Source: an uncultured Actinomycetes bacterium
GTDB taxonomy: Bacteria > Actinomycetota > Thermoleophilia > UBA2241
Length of the DNA: 64,000 bases
Direction of reading: 5' to 3'
NCBI GenBank assembly: GCA_963725665.1
Contig: CAVRZA010000004.1
Coordinates: forward strand, 288,001-352,000
Under the pieces are notes generated by a model. The model saw only the letters and a program-made list of their open reading frames with translations. It made no database searches and was not told the origin of the DNA. Below are positions 1-10,622 of the stretch, one piece after another. Position 1 is the stretch's first letter. Each line of letters opens with the position of its first letter. Position numbers and translations under genes: made by a program.

Positions 1-2
1 TG

Positions 3-278
3 CGTATCCTCGACGAGGCGAAGGGAACCGGGGCGGTGACGCGCGTCCTGCTCGACGCGAGCGACGGCGAGGAGAGCTGGGGCAGCATCGGCGTCTCGGA
101 GAACGTCATCGAGGCCAGTTGGGAGGCTCTGGTCGACTCCATCGTCTACGGGATGCTGCACGTGGCCGGGCCGCAGCGAGAGACGCCATCGAAGGGCCCG
201 GTCGCGGATCGAGCAGCTCCTGATGGAGCCGGAGGGACGGACGCCGACGCATCTTCGCAGGGGACTCCCGGCCCATGA
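3..278 (+). CDS. cimA: Citramalate synthase / LeuA-family C-terminal regulatory domain (partial, runs off window start)
   Basis: [43 protein letters not shown] matches the CimA C-terminus. Confidence 0.8.
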   Translation, partial: RILDEAKGTGAVTRVLLDASDGEESWGSIGVSENVIEASWEALVDSIVYGMLHVAGPQRETPSKGPVADRAAPDGAGGTDADASSQGTPGP

Positions 279-1054
279 GCGTGCGGCCCTGCGAGAGTCC
301 ACTGCCGTTCGGCCGCGTGCTCGTCGCCGGCGAGGGGCGCCACTGCCTGTTCGACGGTGAGTGCGTGCGCCTGCTCGACGGGCCTGCCTATCTGGATGAC
401 ACGCGTGAGACCGGGGAGGTGGGCCTCGGCACGTTCGAGCTGCTGGCTCCGGTCACGCCCTCGAAGATCGTCTGCGGGGGCCTCAACTACAAGGCCCACG
501 CCGCCGAGTTCGACCAGGAGGTGCCCGACGAACCGCTGCTCTTCCTCAAGCCATCGTCGGCCGTGATCGGCCCCGGCGAGGCGGTGGTGCTGCCCTGCCA
601 GTCGGAGCGTGTCGACTACGAGGCGGAGCTGGCGCTCGTCGTCGGGCGTCGCTGCCGGCAGGTGCAGGCCGGCGAGGCGGCGAGCTTCGTGGCCGGCTAC
701 ACCTGCGGCAACGACGTGACGGCGCGCGACCTGCAGGCCAGGGACGGGCAGTGGACGAGGTCGAAGTCGTTCGACACGTTCTGTCCGTTGGGACCTAACG
801 TGGTGAGGTCGGCGCCGGCCGAGACCGCGGTCGTGGCCGCGCTGCTCGACGGAGTCGAAGTGCAGCGCGCCCTTGTCGCGGACCTGCTCTTCTCGCCCCT
901 CGACCTGCTCGCCTTCGTCAGCTCGGTCATGACGCTCGAGCCCGGCGACGTGATCATGACGGGGACGCCGCCGGGCGTGGGACCGCTGCGCCGCGGCCAG
1001 ACCATCACCGTCGAGGTCGACGGTGTCGGGTCGCTAACGAACCCCGTGGCCTGA
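275..1054 (+). CDS. Fumarylacetoacetate hydrolase family protein
   Basis: [44 protein letters not shown] motifs. Confidence 0.9.
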   Translation: MSVRPCESPLPFGRVLVAGEGRHCLFDGECVRLLDGPAYLDDTRETGEVGLGTFELLAPVTPSKIVCGGLNYKAHAAEFDQEVPDEPLLFLKPSSAVIGPGEAVVLPCQSERVDYEAELALVVGRRCRQVQAGEAASFVAGYTCGNDVTARDLQARDGQWTRSKSFDTFCPLGPNVVRSAPAETAVVAALLDGVEVQRALVADLLFSPLDLLAFVSSVMTLEPGDVIMTGTPPGVGPLRRGQTITVEVDGVGSLTNPVA

Positions 1055-1103
1055 AGCGACGTGGACCGCCGGCTCGGCCTGGCGATAGAATGGACCTCTG
1101 TAC

Positions 1104-4100
1104 ATGGCTTCCGGCTTCGTCCATCTCCACGTCCACAGCGAGTACTCGCTCCTCGACGGCGCTTGCCGCGTCCCAGCTCTAGTCGACCGAGTGCGCGAGC
1201 TCGGCATGCCGGCGGTGGCGCTGACCGACCATGGCTCGCTCGCGGGGACCGTGCAGTTCTACAGCGAGGCGCGCAAGGCCGGGGTGAAGCCGATCATCGG
1301 TCTCGAGCTGTACATCGTCGACGACCGTCTCAACCGCCAGAGCGTGCGCGAGGAGCGCTTCCATCTGACGCTCCTCGCGCGCGACGCACACGGCTACCGC
1401 AACCTGGTCGAGCTCTCCACGACGGCCTACCTCGAGGGGTACTGGTACAAGCCGCGCGCCGACTGGCAGCTCCTCTCGCAGCACCACGCGGGCCTCATCT
1501 GTCTCACGGGCTGCATGACGGGGCGCATCGCGCGCCTCGTGCGTGAGGCCCGCGGCGACGAGGCGCTCGCCGAGGTGCTCCGCCTGAAGGAGCTGTTCGG
1601 CTCCGACGACCTCTACGTCGAGTTGCAGGACGCCGGCCTGCCCGAGCAGCGCGAGCTGGTGCCCAAGCTCGTCGCGCTGGCGGGGCAGGCCGGCGTGAAG
1701 ACGGCGGCCACGAACGACGTGCACTACTTGCGCCACGAGGACGCCCACGCGCACGACGCGCTGCTCTGCATCCAGACGCAAAGCATGCTCGACGACGAGA
1801 ACCGCATGCGCTACGGCAGCGACGAGTTCTTCCTCAAGACCGCGGAGGAGATGCGCGAGCGCTTCGCGGCCTACCCCGAGGCCTGCGACGCGACGCTCGA
1901 GATAGCCGAGCGCTGCGCCGTCGAGCTCGAGTTCGGGCGCATCCTGCTGCCGAGCTATCCCGTCCCCGAGGGGGAGACCGAGGAGGGGTACCTGCGCGCG
2001 CTCTGCGAGCTGGGCGTGCGTCAGCGCTATGGGGCGCAGCCCGGACCCGAGGTGCGCGAGCGTCTCGACTACGAGCTCAAGGTCATCTCCGAGATGGGCT
2101 TCAGCGCCTACTTCCTCATCGTCTGGGACTTCGTCAAGTTCGCCAAGGACAACGGCATCGCCGTCGGTCCGGGCCGCGGGTCGGCGGCGGGGAGCATCGT
2201 CTCCTACGTCCTGAGCATCACCGATCTCGACCCGCTCAAGTACGACCTGCTCTTCGAGCGCTTCCTGAACCCGGGGCGCAAGTCGATGCCCGACATCGAC
2301 ATGGACTTCTCGGTCGAGCGCCGCGACGAGGTCATCGAGTACGTGGCCCAGAAGTACGGCCGCGACCGCGTGGCCCAGATCATCACCTTCGGCACCATGG
2401 CGGCGCGCGCCGCGACGCGAGACGCGGCGCGCGTCATGGGCCTGCCCTACGCGGTCGGCGACCGCATCGCCAAGATGATCCCCGAGCAGGCGCCGCCGGC
2501 GACCTTCGAGCAGGCCATGGCGCCCGGCGGCGAGCTGCGGCGGGCCTATGAGAGCGACCAGCAGGTCAAGGAGGCCGTCGACCTCGCGCGGGCGCTCGAG
2601 GGACTCATCCGCAACGACTCCATCCACGCCGCCGGCGTGGTCATCTCCGACAAACCGCTCACCGAGTACGTCCCGTTGCAGCAGAAGGGCGAGGCCGAGA
2701 TCGTCACCCAGTTCAGCATGGACGACGTGGCGAAGCTGGGGCTCCTCAAGATGGACTTCCTCGGCCTGCGCAACCTCGACGTCATCGAGGCGGCCCTGGG
2801 GCTCATCGAGAATAGCCGGGGCGTCTGCGTCGACATGACGACGCTGCCTCTCGACGACGCGAAGACCTACGAGATGCTGCGCCGCGGTGACGCCCTGGGC
2901 GTCTTCCAGTTCGAGTCGGGTGGCATGCGCGACGCGCTGCGCGAGGTCGGGCCGACGCAGTTCGAAGACCTGATCGCCATCGTGGCTCTCTACCGGCCCG
3001 GACCGATGCAGTACATCCCTGCCTACGCGCGCAACAAGAGGGATCCGGGAGCGGTGGTCTACGACCACGAGCTGCTGCGCCCGATCCTCGAGTCGACGCA
3101 CGGGGTGACGATCTACCAGGAGCAATACATGGCCATCGCCCGCCGCGTGGCCGGCTTCACCCCGGCGCAGGCGGACGATCTGCGCAAGGCCATCGGCAAG
3201 AAGGACAAGAAGCTGATGGCCACGCTCAAGGAGCCCCTCATGGCGGGTCTGCGCGCGAGCGGCGTGCCGCAGCAGGTCATCAACAGGCTGTGGAGCAACT
3301 TCGAGGCCACGGGCGACTACTCGTTCAACAAGAGCCACGCCGCCTGTTACGCGCTCATCAGCTACCGCACAGCCTTCCTCAAGGCCAACTACCCGGTCGA
3401 GTACATGGCGGCGCTGATCTCGAGCGTCATGAACACCAAGGACAAGGTGCCGTTCTACGTCAACGCCTGCCACGAGATGGCGATCGAGGTCTTGCCGCCG
3501 GACGTCAACGAGAGCGACGTCGGGTTCACCGTGGTCGGCGGCAAGATCCGCTTCGGACTCAATGCGGTGAAGGGCGTGGGGAGGGGGGCCATCGAGGCGA
3601 TCGTCGCCGCGCGCGCCGACGGCCCCTTCACCTCGCTGTACGACTTCTGCGCCCGCGTCGACTCGGCCCTGGTCAACAAGCGGACGCTGGAGGCTCTCAT
3701 CAAGAGCGGAGCCCTCGATTCCACCGGCGACACGCGGCGCGGCATGCTCGCGGCGCTGCCCGCCGCGGCCAGCGAGGGGGAGCGCCGGCGCAAGGACCGG
3801 GCCGTGGGCCAGGTCGATCTCTTCGCCCACGCCGAGGTCGAGGAGACCCACCACGCGCCCATCTCGCGTGAGGAGTTCGAGCGCGAGACGCTGCTGCGCT
3901 GCGAGAAGGAGGCGCTGGGGCTGTACGTCTCTTCGCACCCGTTGCAGGGCCTGCGCCAGCAGCTCAAGGACGAGGTAGACGCCACCGTGAGCGAGCTGGC
4001 CGACATGCCCGACGGGACCATCCTCTGGACCGGCGGCGTCATCTCCGGTCTGCAGCGGCGGCCGACGCGCAGCGGCGGCATCATGGTCATCTTCCGCCTC

Positions 4101-4511
4101 GACGACGTCGACGGCGGCATCGAGGTAGTGGCCTTCAACACCGTGGCGGAGCAGTACGCCGAGCTCCTGCGCGAGGACGCCATCGTCAAGGTGAAGGGCC
4201 GTCTCGACCGCAAGAGCGAGGACGAGACCAAGCTGATCGCTATGGAGGTGCGGCCGTTCGGCGGCGTCAGCGAGTCGCGACCGCTGACGGTGACCGTCGA
4301 CGCCGACCGCGTGCAACTCGCCCTGCTGCAGGAGCTCAAGGAGATCCTCGCCTCGTTCCCGGGTCAGGTGCCCGTCGTCCTACAGATGGAGTCGCTCCAG
4401 GGCCAGCAGCGGCTGCGCATCGGCGATGGCTATCGCGTGGCCCCAGTGGGCGGCCTCTACGCCGAGCTCAAGGCGCTGCTCGGCGAGAGCTGCATCCAGA
4501 TCGCTTGCTAG
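1104..4511 (+). CDS. dnaE: DNA polymerase III subunit alpha
   Basis: PHP domain HLHVHSEYSLLDG, GRGSAAGS, PDIDMD, FNKSHA; no intein-sized insertion. Confidence 0.98.
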   Translation: MASGFVHLHVHSEYSLLDGACRVPALVDRVRELGMPAVALTDHGSLAGTVQFYSEARKAGVKPIIGLELYIVDDRLNRQSVREERFHLTLLARDAHGYRNLVELSTTAYLEGYWYKPRADWQLLSQHHAGLICLTGCMTGRIARLVREARGDEALAEVLRLKELFGSDDLYVELQDAGLPEQRELVPKLVALAGQAGVKTAATNDVHYLRHEDAHAHDALLCIQTQSMLDDENRMRYGSDEFFLKTAEEMRERFAAYPEACDATLEIAERCAVELEFGRILLPSYPVPEGETEEGYLRALCELGVRQRYGAQPGPEVRERLDYELKVISEMGFSAYFLIVWDFVKFAKDNGIAVGPGRGSAAGSIVSYVLSITDLDPLKYDLLFERFLNPGRKSMPDIDMDFSVERRDEVIEYVAQKYGRDRVAQIITFGTMAARAATRDAARVMGLPYAVGDRIAKMIPEQAPPATFEQAMAPGGELRRAYESDQQVKEAVDLARALEGLIRNDSIHAAGVVISDKPLTEYVPLQQKGEAEIVTQFSMDDVAKLGLLKMDFLGLRNLDVIEAALGLIENSRGVCVDMTTLPLDDAKTYEMLRRGDALGVFQFESGGMRDALREVGPTQFEDLIAIVALYRPGPMQYIPAYARNKRDPGAVVYDHELLRPILESTHGVTIYQEQYMAIARRVAGFTPAQADDLRKAIGKKDKKLMATLKEPLMAGLRASGVPQQVINRLWSNFEATGDYSFNKSHAACYALISYRTAFLKANYPVEYMAALISSVMNTKDKVPFYVNACHEMAIEVLPPDVNESDVGFTVVGGKIRFGLNAVKGVGRGAIEAIVAARADGPFTSLYDFCARVDSALVNKRTLEALIKSGALDSTGDTRRGMLAALPAAASEGERRRKDRAVGQVDLFAHAEVEETHHAPISREEFERETLLRCEKEALGLYVSSHPLQGLRQQLKDEVDATVSELADMPDGTILWTGGVISGLQRRPTRSGGIMVIFRLDDVDGGIEVVAFNTVAEQYAELLREDAIVKVKGRLDRKSEDETKLIAMEVRPFGGVSESRPLTVTVDADRVQLALLQELKEILASFPGQVPVVLQMESLQGQQRLRIGDGYRVAPVGGLYAELKALLGESCIQIAC

Positions 4512-4677
4512 ACCGGTTCCGGCGCCGGGGACGAGCGGCTACACCTGTGCGCTGGTCTGCCGCTGTCGCCGAGCGCCGACGGGAGAGTGCCCCCTCGGAC
4601 AGCGTGCTTGGGCCTGCGCTTCGCGGGTAGAGTACAGGTTCCGAGGCCCTCGAAGCGGGCAGCGGGGAGGGACAGGC

Positions 4678-5982
4678 GTGAGGCGCCTTGAGCTGACCGA
4701 CATAGCGGCAACGGTCGCCGAGCTGCGCTCGGTGGCGCCGGCGCGCAGCGACGTGCGCGCGGCGGTCGAGGAGATCGTGGGCGAGGTGCGGCGGCAGGGC
4801 GACGAGGCGCTGCGGCGCCTCACCGAGCGCCTCGACGACGTCGCCCTGCCGCCGCACCTCGCCGTCCCGCCCGAGAAGATGCTTGCCGCGCTGCGCGAGC
4901 TCGACCCCGAGCTGCGCTCGGCCCTCGAGCTCGCCGTCGCCAACATCCGCGCCTATCACGAGCGTGAGGCGCCCGTCTCGTGGCGCGAGACGTTGGCGCA
5001 GGGCCAGACGGTGGGCCAGGAGATCGTGCCGCTGGCCGTCGCAGGCCTCTACGTGCCCGGCGGCCTTGCCGACTATCCCTCGACGGTGCTGATGACCGCC
5101 ATACCGGCACAGGTCGCCGGCGTCGGCAGGCTGGTCGTCTGCTCGGCGCCGCGGCCCGGCGGCGGCGTGGCCGCCGGGGTGGCCGCGGCCTGCGCCCTGC
5201 TGGGCATCACCGACCTGTTCCCGATCGGCGGCGCCCAGGCCGTGGCGGCCATGGCCTACGGCACCGCGCAGGTCCCGCGCTGCGACATCGTGGTCGGTCC
5301 GGGCAACGCCTTCGTCACCGAGGCCAAGCGGCAGGTGATGGGCGACGTGGCGATCGACGGGCTCGCCGGTCCCAGCGAGGTGCTCATCGTCGCCGGCAAG
5401 GGGGCGCGGCCCACCTGGCTGGCTGCAGACCTGCTGGCGCAGGCCGAGCACGGCGCCGGGGCCTCGGGAGTGTTGCTCGACGTGGGCGGCTCGTTGCTCG
5501 ACCGGGTGGAGGCGGAGGTGCGACGCCTCGGCGAGGAGCTGAAGGTTTCCCTCGGCGGTGTGACCTTGGTCGCGTGTCCCTCGCTCGATGACGCGCTCGC
5601 CTTGGTGGACGCCTTCGCTCCTGAGCACCTCGAGCTGCATCTCGACGACGCCGCGGCGCTCGTGCCGCGCGTGCGCGCCGCCGGCGCGGTCTTCGTCGGA
5701 CCATCGACCGCCACGGCGTTCGCCGACTACGGCGCCGGCACCAACCACGTGCTGCCCACGGGCGGCTCGGCCCGCTTCGCGCAGGGCCTTTCGGTGGTCC
5801 ATTTCCAGAGACGCGTGGGGGTGCTCGAGGTAGATGAGGGCTCGGCGTCTCGTCTGGCGCGAGCCGTTGCCGCGATCGCCGGGGAGGAGGGTCTACGCTC
5901 TCACGCGCGCTCGGCGCTGCTCCGGCTCGAGGACGGGCCCGACGCCGAGACGAGCGCCGCGAGGAGCATCGGAGAGAGGTGA
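4678..5982 (+). CDS. hisD: Histidinol dehydrogenase
   Basis: GLYVPGG, GPGNAFV, AGPSE, QAEH, APEHLEL, NHVLPT; GTG at 4678 follows GGAGG. Confidence 0.95.
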   Translation: MRRLELTDIAATVAELRSVAPARSDVRAAVEEIVGEVRRQGDEALRRLTERLDDVALPPHLAVPPEKMLAALRELDPELRSALELAVANIRAYHEREAPVSWRETLAQGQTVGQEIVPLAVAGLYVPGGLADYPSTVLMTAIPAQVAGVGRLVVCSAPRPGGGVAAGVAAACALLGITDLFPIGGAQAVAAMAYGTAQVPRCDIVVGPGNAFVTEAKRQVMGDVAIDGLAGPSEVLIVAGKGARPTWLAADLLAQAEHGAGASGVLLDVGGSLLDRVEAEVRRLGEELKVSLGGVTLVACPSLDDALALVDAFAPEHLELHLDDAAALVPRVRAAGAVFVGPSTATAFADYGAGTNHVLPTGGSARFAQGLSVVHFQRRVGVLEVDEGSASRLARAVAAIAGEEGLRSHARSALLRLEDGPDAETSAARSIGER

Positions 5983-5992
5983 AAGTGCGGCG

Positions 5993-6589
5993 ATGACAGA
6001 GGCAGGACCCAGGGTGGCCGCGGTCGCCCGAACCACCAGCGAGACGACGGTCTCGGTGCGACTCGACCTCGAAGGCGGGGGCACCGCTCGGGTCGAGACC
6101 GGCATCCGGTTCCTCGATCACATGCTGGAGCTCTTCGCCCACCACAGCGGATTCGGACTCGAGGTGCGCGCCACCGGCGACCTCGACGTCGGCGGCCATC
6201 ACACCGTCGAGGACATCGGCCTCGCCCTCGGACAGGCGCTGCGCGAGGCGGTGGGAGAGAAGCGCGGCATCCGTCGCTACGGGTTCTTCATGCTGCCCAT
6301 GGACGAGGCGCTGGTGCAGGTCGCTATCGAATTCTCGGGGAGGCCCTTCTTTGCCCACAACTTCGAGCTCTCGGGGCTCCGCGTCGGCGACTTCGACGCC
6401 GAGCTCACGAGCCACTTCTTCCAGTCGCTTGTCAACGAGGCGGCCTTGACGCTGCACATCAGGCTGATCAGCGGGAGCGACACGCACCACATCGTCGAGG
6501 CCGTCTTCAAGGGGGTGGCCCGCGCTCTCGGCGTGGCTTGCGAGCGCCACGACCACGACGACCTGCCCTCGGCCAAGGTCGTCCCTTAG
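5993..6589 (+). CDS. hisB: Imidazoleglycerol-phosphate dehydratase
   Basis: [33 protein letters not shown]. Confidence 0.95.
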   Translation: MTEAGPRVAAVARTTSETTVSVRLDLEGGGTARVETGIRFLDHMLELFAHHSGFGLEVRATGDLDVGGHHTVEDIGLALGQALREAVGEKRGIRRYGFFMLPMDEALVQVAIEFSGRPFFAHNFELSGLRVGDFDAELTSHFFQSLVNEAALTLHIRLISGSDTHHIVEAVFKGVARALGVACERHDHDDLPSAKVVP

Positions 6590-6707
6590 GAGGCGCCCGA
6601 GGCTCGAGGCACGTCGGGCGCGGCCTTTCCTCTTATCTCGCCCCGCCTACGGCCGAAAGGGAGTGGGGATGAGTCGACAGGCGAGGCTGGCGACTGAAGG
6701 AGTGCCC

Positions 6708-6938
6708 GTGGAGGCGCTTTCTGAGATCGTCCTCATCGACTACGGCCGGGGTCACCTAGCCGCGCGCTGCGCCGCCGTCGCCGTGGTGGCCGGCGTGACG
6801 AACCACGGCGGCGGCGTGGTCGCCGCCGTAGCGCGCGACGCTGTCTGGGCGGTACAGTTCCACCCAGAGAAGAGCTCGTCGGTCGGGCTGCTCCTGGCCA
6901 ACTTCATGGCGCCGGTGCGAAAGGAGCGTGCAAGGTGA
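6708..6938 (+). pseudogene. hisH: hisH remnant with large in-frame internal deletion
   Basis: N-terminal IDYGRGHL joined almost directly to the C-terminal QFHPEKS region; catalytic GICLG segment absent; about 76 aa versus about 200 normally. Confidence 0.85.
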
Positions 6939-7654
6939 AACTGTTCCCTGCCATCGACATCCAGGAAGGCCGCGCCGTCCGGCTGCGGCGCGGCGACTTC
7001 GCCGATGCGACCGTCTTCGCCGACGACCCCGTGGAGCAGGCGCGCGACTGGGAGCGGCAGGGGGCTGACGCGTTGCACGTCGTCGACCTCGACGGGGCTC
7101 GGCGAGGCACCCTGGTCAACTTCGACATCGTGGGCGCCATCGTCGACGCGGTCGGCATCCCCGTCGAGTACGGCGGCGGCGTGCGCAGCTCCGAGACGCT
7201 CCAGACGGTGGCGGCGAGCGGGGTCGAGTGGGTCGTACTGGGCACCGCCGCCGTCACGGACCTCGACCTTCTCGACGAGGCCCTGCGCGTGCTCGGCCCA
7301 CGGCTCGTCGTGGGCGTCGACTGCGAAAGCGGCATTGTCGCCACGCACGGCTGGCAGGAGCGCTCCGAGATGAGCGCCCTGCACTTCGTGCACCTGCTCA
7401 AGGATCGGGGAGTGCGGCGCATCGTCTACACCGACGTGCTGCGTGACGGCATGCTCGAGGGGCCCAACCTGGAGGGGCTCCACGAGCTGACGGAAGGGAC
7501 CCAGCTCGAGGTCGTCATGTCGGGCGGTATCAGTCGCCTCGAAGACCTGCGCTGGGTCAAGCGCGAGGCACCCGATGTGGTGGCCATCATCGTCGGCCGT
7601 GCCCTGTACGAGGGTGCCTTCACGCTCGCTCAGGCCAAGGCCGCCCTCGCCTAG
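6935..7654 (+). CDS. hisA: ProFAR isomerase
   Basis: [48 protein letters not shown]. Confidence 0.95.
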   Translation: MKLFPAIDIQEGRAVRLRRGDFADATVFADDPVEQARDWERQGADALHVVDLDGARRGTLVNFDIVGAIVDAVGIPVEYGGGVRSSETLQTVAASGVEWVVLGTAAVTDLDLLDEALRVLGPRLVVGVDCESGIVATHGWQERSEMSALHFVHLLKDRGVRRIVYTDVLRDGMLEGPNLEGLHELTEGTQLEVVMSGGISRLEDLRWVKREAPDVVAIIVGRALYEGAFTLAQAKAALA

Positions 7655-7824
7655 TGGCCACGCGCCGCGTCATCCCCTGTCTCGACGTCCTCGACGGCCG
7701 GGTCGTGAAGGGCGTCCGGCTCGTGGGGGTGCGCGACGCCGGCGATCCGGTCGAGCTCGCGGTGCGCTACGACCGCGACGACTGCGACGAGCTCGTCTTT
7801 CCTAGGTCGGGCTGCGACGGGTGA
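7654..7824 (+). pseudogene. hisF: Truncated hisF (about 49 N-terminal codons, then unrelated sequence and stop)
   Basis: Manual translation [34 protein letters not shown]...DELVF then PRSGCDG*. Confidence 0.9.
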
Positions 7825-8516
7825 GCGGGCCGCGGCGTGTCGCGCTGGCGGACCTGGGGCCGGCCGACGGCCTGCGCCTCATCGACCTCGTGGCCGAGGC
7901 CGGCCTGGTCTGCTTCCCGACCGACACACTCTACGGCATCGGCGGGCTGCTACGACCGTCGGTCGGGCGGCGCGTCTACGAAGCCAAACGGCGCGCCGCC
8001 GACAAACCTCTCCAGGTCATCTTCCCGACCGTCGAGGCCTTGGTCGGCGCGGTTGCGCTGGGCAGGCGGACGCTCGACGCGGTGCGGCGGCTGCTCCCCG
8101 GTGGGCTGACGCTGCTCCTCCCCTACCCTGTGGGGCTCGACTACCCGCCGCCGGGCAAGGTCGAGGTGCCGGGGAAGGGGCAGCGCCGGCGTGAGGTCGA
8201 GACGCTGGGCGTGCGCGTGCCGCGCTGGCCCGAGGCTGCCCGCGTGCTCGGCGCGCTCAGCCTTCCCTTGCTCGGCTCCAGCGCCAACGTGAGCGGCGGG
8301 CCGCCGGCGCGCAGCCTCGACGAGGTCGATGCCGAGATCAGGGCGGCGTGCGATCTCTTGCTCGATGCCGGACCCGTGGCCGGGGTGCCGTCGACGGTCG
8401 TCGACCTGACCACCTACGGGCAGGGGCGGCGCTGGCGCGTCCTGCGCACGGGAGCGGTGGGCGAGGACGAGGTACGCGAGATGCTCGAACGCAGGCGCGA
8501 GGACCTGCCGCGGTGA
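7821..8516 (+). CDS. tsaC: L-threonylcarbamoyladenylate synthase (YrdC/Sua5 family)
   Basis: [39 protein letters not shown]. Confidence 0.9.
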   Translation: MSGPRRVALADLGPADGLRLIDLVAEAGLVCFPTDTLYGIGGLLRPSVGRRVYEAKRRAADKPLQVIFPTVEALVGAVALGRRTLDAVRRLLPGGLTLLLPYPVGLDYPPPGKVEVPGKGQRRREVETLGVRVPRWPEAARVLGALSLPLLGSSANVSGGPPARSLDEVDAEIRAACDLLLDAGPVAGVPSTVVDLTTYGQGRRWRVLRTGAVGEDEVREMLERRREDLPR

Positions 8517-8532
8517 TAGGCTGCATGGCACC

Positions 8533-9420
8533 ATGAGACGGCTGCCGTTCCAACAGGTCGACGTGTTCACCGAGCGCCCGTTCGCGGGCAATCCCCTGGC
8601 CGTGTTCACCGAGGCGGAAGGCTTGGGCGAGCGCGAGATGCAGGAGATCGCCCGCGAGATGAACCTCTCTGAAACGACGTTCGTCTCGCCTCCGCAGGGT
8701 TCGGGTGACGCGCGCGTGCGCATCTTCACGCCCGAGACCGAGCTGCCGTTCGCCGGTCACCCGAGCGTCGGCACCGCCTGGCTGCTTGTGCACCTGGATC
8801 TGGTTACGGTGCGTGAACCGGTGACGACCGTGGTCCTCGAGCTGGGCGTCGGGCCGACCGCCGTCGACGTCTCCGTCGTCGGCGGTCGGCCGACCAGTGG
8901 CCTCGTGCACCAGGGGCCGGCGGAGTTCGGCGAGGAGATCTCGGCGAGCGAGGCGGCGGCGGTGCTCGGTCTGCAAGGGAGCGACCTGCACGAAGAGCTC
9001 GTCCCCCGTGTCGTCGGCACCGGGCTCTCCTACGCCATCATCCCGCTGCGCAGCACCCGGACCCTCGCTCGCGCGTGGTTCGACATCGCCTTGCTGCCCG
9101 AGTTCGAGCGCGCCCATGCCGAGGTCTACCCCTTCGCGTTCACGGGCGAGGAGGAGCCGTGGGTGGCTGCTCGCGGTCTCTTCCCCCTGGTCGGCATCCC
9201 TGAGGACCCGGCGACCGGCAGCGCGGCGGGCCCGCTGGCGGCCTACCTGGCGCGCGCCGGGCTGCTGCCGGCTGGGGCGGCCCGCGTGGTCGCCCAGGGC
9301 GACCACGCGGGCCGCCCCAGCCGGCTCACCGTCTCCGTGACCGAGGAGCACGGACGTATCGTCGACGTGCAGGTCGCCGGCGGGGTGGTGCCGGTGCTCT
9401 CGGGCGTGCTCGAGCTGTAG
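8533..9420 (+). CDS. PhzF family isomerase
   Basis: VDVFT..FAGNPLAV, NLSETTF, ELPFAGHP, EDPATGSA. Confidence 0.92.
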   Translation: MRRLPFQQVDVFTERPFAGNPLAVFTEAEGLGEREMQEIAREMNLSETTFVSPPQGSGDARVRIFTPETELPFAGHPSVGTAWLLVHLDLVTVREPVTTVVLELGVGPTAVDVSVVGGRPTSGLVHQGPAEFGEEISASEAAAVLGLQGSDLHEELVPRVVGTGLSYAIIPLRSTRTLARAWFDIALLPEFERAHAEVYPFAFTGEEEPWVAARGLFPLVGIPEDPATGSAAGPLAAYLARAGLLPAGAARVVAQGDHAGRPSRLTVSVTEEHGRIVDVQVAGGVVPVLSGVLEL

Positions 9421-9626
9421 AGGAAGCCTGCGATCCGGCCTGAGGCCGCCACGGCCGTGTCGACCGGTTCCGCGCCGCCCCTCGGCCCTCGTCTAGCTCC
9501 GCTTTGGTAGAATCGGCCGTGATCGAGAGTGTTGCTCGTGCCCGCCCGACGCCACCGCCCGACCGCCGTCGTGACGCGCGCCCGGGCCCCCGCTCGAGCG
9601 GCGCCCTGAGCAGGGAGGAGGACGGG

Positions 9627-10076
9627 ATGAGGATCGCGGCTGGAGCCGATCACGCCGGCTTCGAGCTCAAGGACGCGCTGGTCGTGCGCCTGCGAGAAGC
9701 GGGCCACGAGGTCGTCGATGTGGGCACGAGCTCGCCGGAATCGGTCGACTATCCGACCTTCGCTCACGCGGTCGCCCGGAGCGTGGCTGCCGGAGATGTC
9801 GACCGCGGCCTGCTCGTCTGCGGCACGGGCATCGGCATGTGCATGGCGGCGAACCGCCATCCCGGGGTCCGGGCCGCCGACTGCTTCACGGAGCACCTCG
9901 CCGAGCTGTCGCGCCGCCACAACGACGCCAATGTCCTCTGTCTGGCGGGGCGCAGCCTCGACGAGGGAGAGGCGTGGGCGATCACCGAGCTCTGGCTCGC
10001 CACGCCCTTCGAGGGCGACCGTCACGCGCGGCGCGTCGCTCAGATCGACGAGACGACCGCCGCAGAGGAGGCCTGA
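9627..10076 (+). CDS. rpiB: Ribose-5-phosphate isomerase B
   Basis: DHAGFELK, DYP, CGTGIG, RRHNDANVL, RHARRV; GGAGGA upstream of ATG 9627. Confidence 0.95.
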   Translation: MRIAAGADHAGFELKDALVVRLREAGHEVVDVGTSSPESVDYPTFAHAVARSVAAGDVDRGLLVCGTGIGMCMAANRHPGVRAADCFTEHLAELSRRHNDANVLCLAGRSLDEGEAWAITELWLATPFEGDRHARRVAQIDETTAAEEA

Positions 10077-10100
10077 CGTCGTGTCGCCGGTCGCCCTGGA

Positions 10101-10622
10101 GTGGCGCCGCGAGCGGCTCTACGAGTCGTCGTGAGCCCGGACGGCGCAGACCGCCTCGAGGAGGCGCCGGGTCGCGAGCGGCCCAGCTGGCACGAGTACT
10201 TCCTGCAGCTTGCGCGGCAGGCCTCGAGCCGGTCGACCTGCCTTCGTCGCCAGGTCGGCGCCGTGCTCGTGCGCGACAAGCGCATCCTTGCGACGGGTTA
10301 CAACGGGGCTCCGCGCGGTATCGCACACTGCCTCGACGTGGGCTGCCTGCGCGAGGAGCTCGGCGTGCCTTCCGGCGAGCGTCACGAGCTCTGCCGCGCC
10401 ATCCACGCGGAGCAGAACGCCATCATCCAGGCGGCCATCCACGGCGTGGCTATCGAGGGTTCGACGCTCTACTGCACCCACCAGCCGTGCATCCTGTGCG
10501 CCAAGATGATCATCAACTCCGGCGTCAAGGAGATCTACTTCGCCGAGGGGTACCCAGACGAGCTGTCGCTGGCCATGTTCTCTGAGGCCGGCGTCGCTCT
10601 GCATCGCGAGGAGGTCCCATAG
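10101..10622 (+). CDS. Cytidine/dCMP deaminase family protein (start uncertain)
   Basis: [27 protein letters not shown] zinc motif. Confidence 0.9.
   Translation: MAPRAALRVVVSPDGADRLEEAPGRERPSWHEYFLQLARQASSRSTCLRRQVGAVLVRDKRILATGYNGAPRGIAHCLDVGCLREELGVPSGERHELCRAIHAEQNAIIQAAIHGVAIEGSTLYCTHQPCILCAKMIINSGVKEIYFAEGYPDELSLAMFSEAGVALHREEVP

Noticed and set aside
1179-4316. 1045-aa antisense ORF and many similar long shadow ORFs
   Set aside because: They mirror real genes; high-GC codon bias removes antisense stops; no recognisable motifs
4512-4677. Possible his attenuator or T-box leader
   Set aside because: No His-codon leader peptide or T-box motif seen
6935-7654. hisA as bifunctional PriA explaining its retention
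   Set aside because: Has GGGVR rather than the PriA-type SGGIR motif
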